Below, piece by piece: positions 1 to 11,222 of a DNA stretch of 64,000 nucleotides. Each line of letters starts with the position of its first letter. Within the stretch, counting starts at the first letter, position 1. The notes below the pieces were generated by a model. That model was not told the origin of the DNA and did no database searches. It worked only from the letters and a program-made list of their open reading frames with translations. Where the stretch lies: contig CM022668.1 of assembly GCA_012295275.1 (NCBI GenBank), positions 744,001-808,000 of the forward strand. Direction: 5' to 3'. The position numbers were made by a program, and so were the translations under genes. The DNA is from Chrysomallon squamiferum. Lineage: Eukaryota; Animalia; Mollusca.

Positions 1-450
1 TTTACATTTATCAAAATCACTCTTCTATATTTTTTATACCTTTCTGTATTTTATCGGCACTACATTTCTTCACAAATGTCTACGTTACTTCTCAGTAAAT
101 ATATCTAGAATTCCTTTCTATAACGTGCCAGACGTTCCTGTTATGTACAGGTAAATGGTCATGTGCAAATAAACGAAATATACGATTTTTTAATTTATGT
201 CAGCGAACAACGTGCTTCCGTAAACTGACAACAAAACTTCAGTAATTTAGGGAGCAATTATTCGTTTCTGCACGATCTGTCTACTTTTGCTTTACCTGTG
301 TATCTATTCTTTACTTTACATATTTACTGTATATTTAATTCATTAATGTTATTTTTCAGTTAGTTTCTGCCGTGCAGATAATGATTTCTGGATCATACGT
401 CAGTTCGATCGTTATGTGATTCTGGGAAACATATTATCAAACAAACAGCA

Positions 451-1359
451 ATGGCAAAACGTGGCAAAGGACCAAAGAGTTATTCATCTAGCTATACTAC
501 TTACTATGCCAGTTCGGCTTACGTATCGAAAACTCCATCGACGTATACACAATATATATCTGGTTATGGATCGGATTATGGATCCTATCCTAGATCAGAT
601 TATGGATCGTATACCGGATCAGATTATGGACCGTATCCCAGATCCGATTATGGATATAACTATGAACCTGATTATGGATCTAATTATGGATCTGATTATG
701 GACCTGGTTATGGATCTGAATATGGGTCTGATTATGGATCTAATTATGGATCTGATTATGGATCTGGTTATGGATCTGGTTACGGTCCTAATAGTGGTCC
801 TAATGAAGGTCCTGATAATGGACCTAATAGTGGTCCTGATAAAGGTCCTGATAATGGACCTGGTGGTAATGATCCAAAGAATCAAAGTACTGCATATTCT
901 GACTACGATAGAGGCGCTCTGAATCCTAACAAACAATCCGCAAATAATTTCAGTTGCAATATATGCTGCTGTCCACCAGGTAACAGTAATTTGGTTCCTT
1001 TAGTAACCATGACGCCTCCGTCTCCTCCTGCACCTACCTATAGATACCAATATGTTGAGTGCTCACCGTCGTGTGTTGGATTACGAACTATGTGTCCACC
1101 AGTTTCCGGAGAAAACGGTCGTAAAAGTCTTCTGTCTAGCTGTTGTCCAGTCCAGAATCCGATGACAAGCAGGAACAGCGCTTATTTGGCTCTTGCCGCG
1201 GATATCATGTCCAACATTATGAAAAGGCAGATAATGTACACCTTATGTTGCTTGGACGGGGTCGCACCAACAGGAATCGACCCCAGACTTTTCGAAGATT
1301 TCTGTAAACGATATAATCCCGTTAAATTAACACCTCCTGGACAAATAAAAAAAGAGTAA
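451..1359 (+). CDS. Uncharacterised 302-aa protein: Tyr/Gly/Ser (GSDY)n and (GPxx)n low-complexity N-terminus, Cys/Pro-rich middle, degenerate copy of the cluster's C-terminal module (cluster gene A)
   Basis: Uninterrupted 909-nt ATG ORF with higher GC than its flanks. Candidate 5'UTR intron (donor CAG|GTAAAT at 151, acceptor TTTTTCAG 359 or TGCAG 377). C-terminus aligns without gaps to the 4528/13089 proteins (Y..LA.DI..NI........L...D). Confidence 0.75.
   Translation: MAKRGKGPKSYSSSYTTYYASSAYVSKTPSTYTQYISGYGSDYGSYPRSDYGSYTGSDYGPYPRSDYGYNYEPDYGSNYGSDYGPGYGSEYGSDYGSNYGSDYGSGYGSGYGPNSGPNEGPDNGPNSGPDKGPDNGPGGNDPKNQSTAYSDYDRGALNPNKQSANNFSCNICCCPPGNSNLVPLVTMTPPSPPAPTYRYQYVECSPSCVGLRTMCPPVSGENGRKSLLSSCCPVQNPMTSRNSAYLALAADIMSNIMKRQIMYTLCCLDGVAPTGIDPRLFEDFCKRYNPVKLTPPGQIKKE
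560..870 (+). repeat. Coding 12-bp tandem repeat (GGATCTGATTAT = GSDY, grading into GGTCCTGATAAT = GPDN)
   Basis: Directly visible 12-nt periodicity inside the gene A ORF. Confidence 0.9.
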
Positions 1360-1399
1360 TAAGTAATTATTTCATCTTCAAATATATATTATATAGTAT

Positions 1400-2225
1400 A
1401 ATAATAACATTAATATAATATTGTAATAAAAATAAAACAGTGTATAAAACATTGGGTATATGTTAATGTTATATACCAATATTGTAATAAAACATAAAAT
1501 ACATTAGTATATAACATTAACAGTAATATGTATTATTGTAATAAAACATAGAATAGATAAAACATTACCATTACAACATTGTAATAAATCATATAAGATA
1601 TATCTAGTATAAAGCGCTAACATTAACATGATATATTAATAAAACAGTGAAAGTATAATAGATAGACAGATAGTTTAAATAGGGCTGTGTAGATCAGAAA
1701 TTAGATGTAAAGTACAGAAAGGTATGGTATAAATGTATACATACATTGCGTATATATATGTACACTGACAACGATATACTTACTTTTGTTTTATTAATAT
1801 TATTGTTTTATATTAGATATATTTTTATATGGTTCATTACGGTGTTCTAATTAATATTAATGTTACGTACTATTGTATTTTGTGCTTTGTTGCAATATTA
1901 TATTAATGTTAATATCATATTAGTATTGTTTTGTTTTGTTAATGTTATACACTGATTTATTTTGTTTTGTTACAGTATTATATTAATATTAGATTTATTT
2001 TGATTTATATCGTTATGTTAATGTTATATACCAATGCATTTTATGCTTTATTACAATGTTTTTGATGTTAATGTTATATACAAGATGTATTTTATATGTT
2101 ATTATTTTGTTATATTAATGTTTTTAAACATGACATGTTTTATTACAATATTATATTAATGTTATGTACTAGATATACTTTAGTGTTTTATTAATTTTTG
2201 TATTTTATTGTTACAATAATATTAA
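1400..2225. repeat. AT-rich degenerate repeat array arranged as an imperfect inverted repeat (foldback)
   Basis: ATAACATTAATATAATATTGTAATAAAA (1404-1431) is the exact reverse complement of 2138-2165; several degenerate copies in each arm. Confidence 0.6.
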
Positions 2226-2633
2226 TCGTGTGTGTGTGTACGCACACACATTCACACACAGACACATATACAGATAATATGTTTCCATTATAATGATATG
2301 TTAATGTTTATGTTTTACATATTACAGTTTCAGTCCTTGTATGATTTTGTATTAAATTAGATAAACTATGTATTTTAAATTTAAAAGAATATATTAATGT
2401 TAAAATTTATTTCGAACTGGTTATTTTGTTATGGTTAAAAACATTTTTTAAAAATCCGCAGCCCCCCGAAGAAGAAAAACAACACAAAAATGAAACCTAA
2501 CATTATATACCCTAAGCATTATTATTATTAATTATTATTACTATTATTTTGAAATTTGTTATATTTGTGCTATATATTAAACATTGCAAAAAAAAAAAAT
2601 AAATAAATAAAATAACGAAGAAAATAAAGGTAA

Positions 2634-2679
<46 letters not shown>
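2634..2679. repeat. (AAT)n microsatellite
   Basis: Direct reading. Confidence 0.95.
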
Positions 2680-2683
<4 letters not shown>

Positions 2684-2729
2684 GAAGAAAAAAACGGGAG
2701 GATTAAAAATAAATAAAAGAATGTTAATA

Positions 2730-3270
2730 ACAATTATTAACTACTGAAAACCTGCAAACCAAAAAATCAATATGCAAATTTAACATATTAACCTGCTAAT
2801 TATTTGTGTGATCTCTGGACAAAGCGACGTGCAGTAAAGGTGGAAAAAACAACAGAATGTAACAGTCGCGTTAATTAATTATTTTATTTACATTTGTTTT
2901 GTTTTGTTTTTAATATTTTTATTTTATTTTTCCTTTGACTGGTTTTAATTATTGAATCTTTTATATGTTATTAAGTTTACATTTGATCAGTATATATATG
3001 AATTCTCAGGATTTCGATTTAATCTGATCGATTTTCATGTACAAGTTGTCAGATAAAAGGAAAAGGTCCGAGTTTGTCAGGTTAGATTGCATATCAGTTT
3101 AAGCACTGCATAACAATTAATCTTTAAATATGGATTAAAAAGGTACAAATATTATTGTTTACACTTCTATCTATTTGCAATGGCAACATAACAGCAACTT
3201 TGAAATCTCTTTTTCGTCGATAGAAACTGACGTCATATGCGTCAATTTGAAAAGGTACGTTATACAAAGT
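2730..3270 (+). promoter_or_regulatory. Duplicated upstream block of gene B: probable promoter / non-coding first exon with CRE (TGACGTCA 3228-3235) and donor AAG|GTACGT (GT at 3255)
   Basis: Colinear similarity to about 9640-10190, e.g. AGGATTTCGATTT.ATCTG, AAAGGAAAAGGTCC.AGTTT, GAAACTGACGTCATAT, TGAAAAGGTACGTTATACAAA. Confidence 0.55.
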
Positions 3271-3597
3271 TACTTCAATACGAGTAAGTGGTGGATAAGT
3301 TTGTTTATAAACAAAATAAATAAATAAATGAAAAATTAAACAGTAAAATAAATAAATAAATGAATTTTAAAAATACTATAGGTTTCCCCAAATGCTTACA
3401 AGAATTATGATTCAAGATTAATTTTTTTATATTTAGGATTGCAGGATAAAATAAATGAAGAATTACTGTCTTAAGATATCAGCATTATCCTATTAAGGTC
3501 GAATGTTGAATGCAGCTCAGCAGAGTCTGATTGCCATTCCAACCAAAAGCTGTTACCTTAAGACAGCAACTAGTTGTGCTTGTTATAACATGTAGAC

Positions 3598-3892
3598 CAG
3601 TCATGGGCAAACTGCGGCCCGCGCGGCTTTCTGAGTGGCTGCCTAATTTCAAAAGGAAAATAACGTTAATTCAAATTTTATAAAATGAGCCTATTTTTTA
3701 TCTACTAATATACTAAAACCCATATAAATTTTTATTATTATAACAGTTTTATAAGTAAATGAAAATGAAAAGTGTCTTAAAATAAACTCTACGTATAAAC
3801 ACAAAATCGTCTAAATTAGTAACTGCGGCCTGCCTGAGGATGAGCCATGTCTCATGTGGCCCACTTCTCAAACAAAGTTGCCCATTTTGACC
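3598..3892. mobile_element. hAT (Charlie-like) MITE
   Basis: Left end CAGTCATGGGCAAACTGCGGCCCGCG, right end AAAGTTGCCCA..., internal GCGGCC/GTGGCCC motifs, TAGAC on both flanks. Confidence 0.55.
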
Positions 3893-4527
3893 TGATAGAC
3901 CCATTTTTATTAAGGGTTTTATTTTTTTCTTCTTTTTTGTCTTAAACTCTCTCTCATTTCTGTATGACAAGTGCATACTCATACACAGAGCAAACCACAT
4001 GCTGTATTAAAAATATATAATAATAATAATATAAAAATAAATATACAAAATATTGATACGCAGACCAAATCTGGGGATTGCCAAGAAGCAATCAGGCTTA
4101 CACCCATGATAAATAATTATATTATTAAAAAGATTCATAATAACACAGCAAAAAATATAAATAAATAAATGGAAATAACTGAAATCAACCTACATGTTTT
4201 TAGTATGTATATACTTCATGCCAGTGTCTCCTCTTAATTTTCCCAAACTGCTGTGCGCTTTGAGCTAAAACAGAAATATACAATGGTCGAAACAATCGTA
4301 TTTTGTAAATTAAAAATGAGTGCAACATTCGCGCAGATTAGTGGGAACATCGTTTCATCTACATAGCAATACAGAAGAAGTGTATTTACCAATTATTACA
4401 AAAATGCCTAATATTTTTATTGATATTTATATTCATATTTTATCTGTGCAGTCATAGACGTGTTTCTTTATTTGCAGATATACCAGTGACGCCTTAAGTC
4501 TTGGAAACTTATTACCAATACGTGCAA

Positions 4528-6321
4528 ATGCCGAAAAAACATGATAAAGATCTTAAATTTGTTCGCAGCTTTTACACAGATCATAAACCTAAAGATGACA
4601 CTAATTCGGTTGTTTCGGAACATATTTATGAGACAAGCGCTTCTGGTCCAGGATCCAGTGACAGTAATGTGCGAGTTTTATATCACGTAATAGATGAAGA
4701 AGAAATTGTATATACGTCTTCTGATGAATCAGGATACACGTCATTAAGTGCGGATAAAGAAAGCGTAAGCAAATCAAAGAAACCAAAATCGGCTTTAATC
4801 AGACGATATTCTAGTGAATCTGATGAATCGGAGAAAGAAAATAAACCTAATTTTTTATACAAAAGTAGAAACACAGGTGAATCAAGTCGTGCAGTTAAGT
4901 CTGGTAACGGAGAATCAAATGGTACAGTTTGGTTTCGAAAAGGTGCAACAGCTAAGAAACCAGGATACGAACGTATCAAAGGTCAAGCTTGTCAAAAAAC
5001 AGCTTGTTGCAGAAGTAACATACAAGCAGGTTATACATCAGCATACGGACAAAGAAGATTCTGTAACAGGCCTATAAACGGACAAGGAAAATTTGCTGGG
5101 GTAACAATGAATGGACGGACGTTCATAGATAGGACACTGGGTTATGAATTAGGATCAGCCGAAAGAGCACAATGCAGGGAAAGATGCGAACAAACAGTAA
5201 GTGGAAGGCCACAGTCTGGAGGAGCTTCAGGACGTATGTCAGAATGTGAAAAGCCCTCAGGCGGGAGACAAGAGTACGGAAATATATCAAACTTCAGGGA
5301 TGGATGTGGAAGTGTATCGGGCTACAGGGAGGGATATGCAAGTGCAACGAACGGTGGGGTTGGAGGTGCATCATGCTATAGGCAGAGATATGTATCAGAC
5401 TACAGAGGAATATTAAACGAATGGCAGGGATATGGAGGTACATCAAACTGTAGGGCTGGATTTGGAGCTGTAAAGGATGGTAGAATGCGATTTGGACATG
5501 AATCAGAATGTAATGCATGGTGTGGGGAAAATCATGAAGGACCAGAATCTAAAGTTACACATGGAGGTCCGGCAGGATACCGACAAATAGGCAAGCTAGT
5601 ATGTGTAGAACAACCACCAGAACGGAGAAGCGCACAGCGAGGCAAAACCGGATGTGCTGGAGTGTCCGACCGCGCCGCTGGATGCACAGAAGATTCAGCC
5701 GGCCTCTTTAGGTGTGGAACAGATTTAGCATGTAAAAATGTCTCATTGGGCGGCAGGGCGCAGTACAGCGGAGGTTATGGAGAAGGAGGGTTAGGCGGAC
5801 GCATGGGCTGTGGAAGACAGACAGGAGGCCGTGGAAGAGTAAACGAGGCAATCCGTTGCTTCTCAAAGCCGCAGGGCCAATGGTTTTTCGAGGATATATA
5901 TTTTAATCCAGAAGAAGCACAAAGAAGACACGATTTTTCTGCGAGAACGAGGCAGTCACCACATTGCGATTTGAACTATACAACGTCTGCAAAGCCTTAC
6001 AATTCTCGTATTCGCTTTGAGCGTACAAGTCCGGTAGGATCATTCACAGATTGGAATAAATGTTTCATTTGCCAAGAACATGGTAGAGAATATTTATGCA
6101 GTCCATCACAGGACGGCTGCGACTATGGTAAATTAGCTGAAGATATTATAGCCAATATCATCAATGGAAACATGAACATCAACCTACAGCGTGTGGATAA
6201 CGGTTGTGGCGTGGAAAATACACTGCGAGAAAACCGAGCTAAGTATCATCAAAGCTGCAAACTTCAGTATAAGCCAGCCACTTTTTCTACTCTGAAAGAG
6301 AGACAGCGTGCTTTATGTTGA
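4528..6321 (+). CDS. Uncharacterised 597-aa Gly/Ser/Cys/Arg-rich protein with C-terminal TDWNKCFICQ...YHQSC putative zinc-binding module (cluster gene B)
   Basis: 1.8-kb open frame; first ATG at 4528 follows acceptor TTTGCAG (AG 4476-4477). Full-length paralog at 13089 with shared N-terminal motif SFYT...HIY...SNVRV.YHVIDEEEIVYTS. AATAAA at 6602. Confidence 0.85.
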   Translation: MPKKHDKDLKFVRSFYTDHKPKDDTNSVVSEHIYETSASGPGSSDSNVRVLYHVIDEEEIVYTSSDESGYTSLSADKESVSKSKKPKSALIRRYSSESDESEKENKPNFLYKSRNTGESSRAVKSGNGESNGTVWFRKGATAKKPGYERIKGQACQKTACCRSNIQAGYTSAYGQRRFCNRPINGQGKFAGVTMNGRTFIDRTLGYELGSAERAQCRERCEQTVSGRPQSGGASGRMSECEKPSGGRQEYGNISNFRDGCGSVSGYREGYASATNGGVGGASCYRQRYVSDYRGILNEWQGYGGTSNCRAGFGAVKDGRMRFGHESECNAWCGENHEGPESKVTHGGPAGYRQIGKLVCVEQPPERRSAQRGKTGCAGVSDRAAGCTEDSAGLFRCGTDLACKNVSLGGRAQYSGGYGEGGLGGRMGCGRQTGGRGRVNEAIRCFSKPQGQWFFEDIYFNPEEAQRRHDFSARTRQSPHCDLNYTTSAKPYNSRIRFERTSPVGSFTDWNKCFICQEHGREYLCSPSQDGCDYGKLAEDIIANIINGNMNINLQRVDNGCGVENTLRENRAKYHQSCKLQYKPATFSTLKERQRALC

Positions 6322-8245
6322 TACATAACACATTAATTAATTAATTATTTAATTAACAAATATGTTTCTAGATTAATTAAAAATATATTTTTTATTTATT
6401 TCCTTTTATTTTGTTTTAGAGTGTATTGTTACCTTTTTTTTGTTTACGTGATCGTTATCATTTCATTATTATCCTCATTGTTATTATTTTTCTTTAAATT
6501 TATCATATTTTGTTTCTACTTATAATAAAAATCATATATATATATATATATATGAATTTGTAAAAAAAAAAATTGTTTTATAAAATCATGCATGCTGTTG
6601 TAATAAACAACTTTAAGAAGTTTTGTTTCTGTTTCGATGGAGGTGTATGTTAACTGTTTACTTCTTTAATTAATGGTTTCTGTGGCAATGAATAAAATTT
6701 ACTGTTAACAGAAATTATAGAAAAGAATATAATTATTTTATTAAAGGATGATAATAATAATAGCAACAACAAAAACAACAATAACAGAAATAATATCAAT
6801 AATGACAAAGCATCACAGGAACATTTTAGAATGATTAATAAGGGCCGCTAAGACAAAAAAATGAGAAAATTAATTTGATTTGTAACAATAATCTACTGGT
6901 AATAAGAAAACGGATGAGATTTCGGAATTTTTTAATCACAGTATTGTTCTCCTCATCACCAAAAACATATGATTTCAAAGCATGGAACTGTAGAACTAAC
7001 TAAAAAAAAAAAAATAATAATAATAAATAAATAATGGCTGTTTGAGAGAGAGAAAGAAAAAATCAGCTAAAATCCATAGTTGAAAGTTCAGTAGTGATAG
7101 CTGCCCCCAGCTTCATCCCCAATGTAATCAGCGTAAGGGATGCTCAATCACCTTTCTGAATATATAGTATGCTGATCTTTCAGTGAATGACTGAACGTGC
7201 AGGACAACGGAGATAAATACTTATATCTGGTGCATGAACACAATGCATTCGCGTGGAAAGCACGGTGCACTTGTCTGTCACAATGATTTTATTTGTAACC
7301 TTAATATATGAACGCTTTACTGTTTACCCTCGATTTCAGGAACGGCGCTTTTCCAGATTTCGGGAACAGTCTGAAGAAAATCACAAAATTTGAACTAACT
7401 GGCATTTACCACTTGAAACTTTACCATTAAGTACTGTTAAGTTATTCTGAGCCCTAATATAAGTGTGACGGAACCTCATTAGTGCCTATTTACCAGACTT
7501 GTTTTTATTTAGAATTTTATATTCTATGTAGTGAATTATATCATATTCACCAAACACTTATTTTGGATATGCCCATTTAAAGCAGAATGTCTGCTTTATT
7601 TTATATTAAGTATATTATTATATTATGGTTAGATTTATGTAGCTATAGTGTATAATCATATTTATAAATTAAATGTTTTTGTCAGCAATTAATGTCAGCA
7701 ACTAAATAGCAGAGAGCAAGCAGACGTCCATGGTCTGTTTAGAAGCTGTATTATATAATTAGGGGAAGTTCCGTTACTTTATAAACTAAGAAACACTGGG
7801 ATCAACAAACTCAAAATTGGCATTTAAGTTGCAAAGTAAATTCAGAAAGGCTGTCTGCAGAAGTGTTTACTGAACACCCGCGTGATTTCTATAAATATTC
7901 GGCGCGCGTTTCAAACGAGATTTTTGATCAGTGCGCCTTCTTGCGACACGTTGTCTGCGCAAGACAAATACCAGCCAGGCAGTGGTAATTATGGTTTAAA
8001 TGTTTTTTTGTAACATACATGTTGATCTATTACTGTTGGATATTTTATTGTGTATTCTTAGGCTAAAAACTAAGAACAAACTAAGATAAAGTATGTTAAT
8101 AACCAAAAGATTGGTTAGAAAGTTAAAGTAACCATCTAGGCTTAATTAGTTTAGTATTATCTACCAACGCTATTTGCTTTTTTTTATTGTATCGTTCGAA
8201 TTGTATGATTAACTTATATGTTACCACTGACGGTTAATTTATGTG

Positions 8246-8282
<37 letters not shown>

Positions 8283-9639
8283 CAATTACCCATATTCAAT
8301 TCTTGTTTGCGTCATTGTTCTCTTGTGGAAACAGACTAATCATTTATTTGTTTAAGCTGTCTCAGATAATTAATAACTTGTCAGTGACGCTATTATAGTC
8401 TGCTACCCTTTAGGTATTTGTACTACTCAGACTAGTCATATGACAATACGATCAAGGCAAATTTCTCAAAACCCACTTTCCATCAAGATAACAGTACATT
8501 TTATAGGTGCTGCATTAACCATCCTAACCTAACAAACTTAATTCAACCTAGCCTATATTTTTTTACAGTTCATTTTTCTTTACATGATCATTATTCACAT
8601 TAATGTAATATATATAGTTTATGACTTTTGTTTACATTATTTTTATGTCTGTAAATTAATCTTACGTTATTATATTATCCGGACCGGTGCTCCTCATATT
8701 ATTCCGGGAAATCGATGGTCAGCATTATTTCTATGGCACTGAATTCTGGCAATAATCTTCACAGACCTAACAGCTGCAGTTCATGTGACATGTTATAATT
8801 TATTATTTCAGGGATGCTTAAACTGGGGTTTTTCGGTGGCATCTGAACGTTCTATTACTTCTATTAATGTTATTAATACCACTAGTACAATGTTTATTAA
8901 CTATAAATAATAAAAACAAAATAAGTGAGATATTGTACACAGAAAAAAAAATTGTTGCAAATTTCAGATCAATGGAAATTTATAAAAGGTATTTGTGGTA
9001 TTTTTATTTTGATTGAAATATACAATATTTTCTACAATTTAAATAATAACAAAACAGGATCTAATGAATATAATGATGACGTAGACTACGATGACGTCTA
9101 CTAGAGTTGTGATGTCTAGAAATAGATAAAACACACATTAAATGTATAACTATTTTTGCATACGGGTAATTGTTGTTTGGTATTTGTGAAATATTAACTC
9201 ATTAGCGTCAGAAACCCCTTCCCATAAATGCCATATATATATCGGACTGCTGGAACGGGAAATAATTAGAAGATTCGAGTTTTGAATACATGACTCATCA
9301 TGCAGCCACGAGGCGCTCGTAGAGACGTAACTGAAACTTCAATAGAAAATGCCTTACTATCGTAATAGGAAATGTTTGTTTTCTCAAACTTCGTCGTTCT
9401 GTGATAGTCATATGACACAGCTTTAGTTCTGACGCTGATGGCATAGTGGGTCCAGATTTCTATACCTTACTACTATTGCTACCGTTCCACTACCCAACTA
9501 AAATTACTGTTACTACTACTACGTCTGTACAGTTTTCCGTTAAGCTTTATTGTCTACAACAAATTTGTTCCAGTCAACAGTCAGAAGAAAAATAAACAAA
9601 TAAAAGAATACCAACAATAAATAATCGTTGAAAAGCTGC

Positions 9640-10190
9640 AAACAGTAACTGAAAATGCCGATATAATAATAATATAAAATTATTACCTTTTAAACTGCTA
9701 ATTATTAGTACGATCTCACGGCAGAGCGACATGTAGTTAAGGTGGAAAAATATGTAGCAGAATATAACAGTCCTTTTATACGCTTTATTTACCGCCTGTT
9801 TTTGTTATTATTTTCCGTTTATTTTATTGTTTTCATTAATTATTTATTTTATTTATTTATTTATTTATTTTATTCATTTTATTCTGTTGAATCATTTTGA
9901 CAGTTATTAACTTATGTTTAAATCATACATTTAACTTCTAGAGGATTTCGATTTGATCTGTTCGATTTTTTATTTAGAAGTTGTCAGAAGAAAGGAAAAG
10001 GTCCAAGTTTATATCAGATTCCATGTAAGAAGGAGTCCTTAAATACGGATAAAAACCGTATTAAGTAGCTGTCGTTACCGGTATATTATAATATTTGAAA
10101 CGGCAACATAATAGCCTCTTAAAATCTCGAATCATTTCAAGTGGAAACTGACGTCATATTCAACATGAAAAGGTACGTTATACAAAATTA
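9640..10190 (+). promoter_or_regulatory. Duplicated upstream block of gene C: CRE (10149-10156) and donor AAG|GTACGT (GT at 10173)
   Basis: Paralogous to 2730-3270; the CRE and donor are retained in both copies. Confidence 0.55.
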
Positions 10191-10543
10191 TTTTGAATAG
10201 TATTAATAGTTTTTGTGGAATATTTCAGAAAGGGATTCATATGACTTTCAAAATTAATAAGTTGGTTTCAGTAGGGAAATAAAAATTTTAACCTTGAAAT
10301 AAGCATTAAATAAGGAAGTTGTGATATAATATAGGAATGCTAACGCATTATTTTATTATTGTCAAATAACAATCGAAAGACGTTCAGTCCCAGATTAAAA
10401 AATCCCAGAAAAGTTTGTAGACATTAAAAAAAAGAAAAAGAAAAGAAGAAAGAAACTGACAAAGATTTTGCATTTCAAAGTTGTCAAAAATCCACAATCG
10501 GAATGTAGATATTTTTTTAATTTCTTTTCAACTTCTTTATTCA

Positions 10544-10576
<33 letters not shown>

Positions 10577-10974
10577 TTAGTCTTAAATCACAAAAACCTT
10601 ATTTCAAGAGATATTTTTATCAAATTTGCATGATCCACTGATTAAAGTGTTCTCTATAAAGACGAACATCAAAGATAGACTTACTGAATTAAATATTATG
10701 GTTTTGGCCCGTTTCAATTAATATATGAATGTGTGATCATTCCTGAGTAAGAGTTGTCATTTGTGAATAGGTAAATTTTCCTGTTATTTTGATACTGACT
10801 TTTGCTGACGACCATCTAGAAATGTCATTCAGGATTCATGAATTGGGCACAATCGCTTCATTTTAAATCTCTGTTAAACCATAAATATGAGTATTATTTG
10901 TCAATGAAGGCGTGATGTGAAAGAAGACAGGTTTAAATGTTGACCTAACAATTAGATTGTTTTATTTTATAAAG

Positions 10975-11165
10975 AAAATGTACAGTAGAAAAGTAGGTAG
11001 GATGGGTGAAGTTTGTTAGGTTAAGATGGTTACTGGTGCAGGATACAGAAAAAAATGGCACTGGAAAAAAATGGCTTGGGAAAAAATGGCACTGGAAAAA
11101 ATGGAACTCAGAAAAAAGCGCTCCTAGAAGGAATGGCACTGTGCAGATTTGGAAAAATGGCACCC
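10975..11165 (-). mobile_element. Non-autonomous repeat fragment with (GAAAAAATGGCACTG)-like tandem core, possibly Helentron/HINE-like
   Basis: About 5-6 copies of an AAAAATGGCAC-like motif at 11050-11165. The reverse complement of 10981-11040 (AACCATCTTAACCTAACAAACTT) recurs at about 8517-8540 on the + strand. Family call tentative. Confidence 0.4.
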
Positions 11166-11222
11166 TATTTATTCTTTCTGTATAGTTGCTTTGATAAAAA
11201 AAAATTAAAAGTATTTATGCAC

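Noticed and set aside
416-936. Overlapping ORFs 416-922 (+) and 619-936 (-) with MDLI / RSII repeats
   Set aside because: Alternative-frame shadows of the stop-free 12-bp repeat in gene A.
4501-4527. TTG starts in the ORF track for genes B (4501), C (13056) and innexin (51382)
   Set aside because: Eukaryotic locus; homologous ATGs at 4528 and 13089 and a spliced ATG for innexin fit better.
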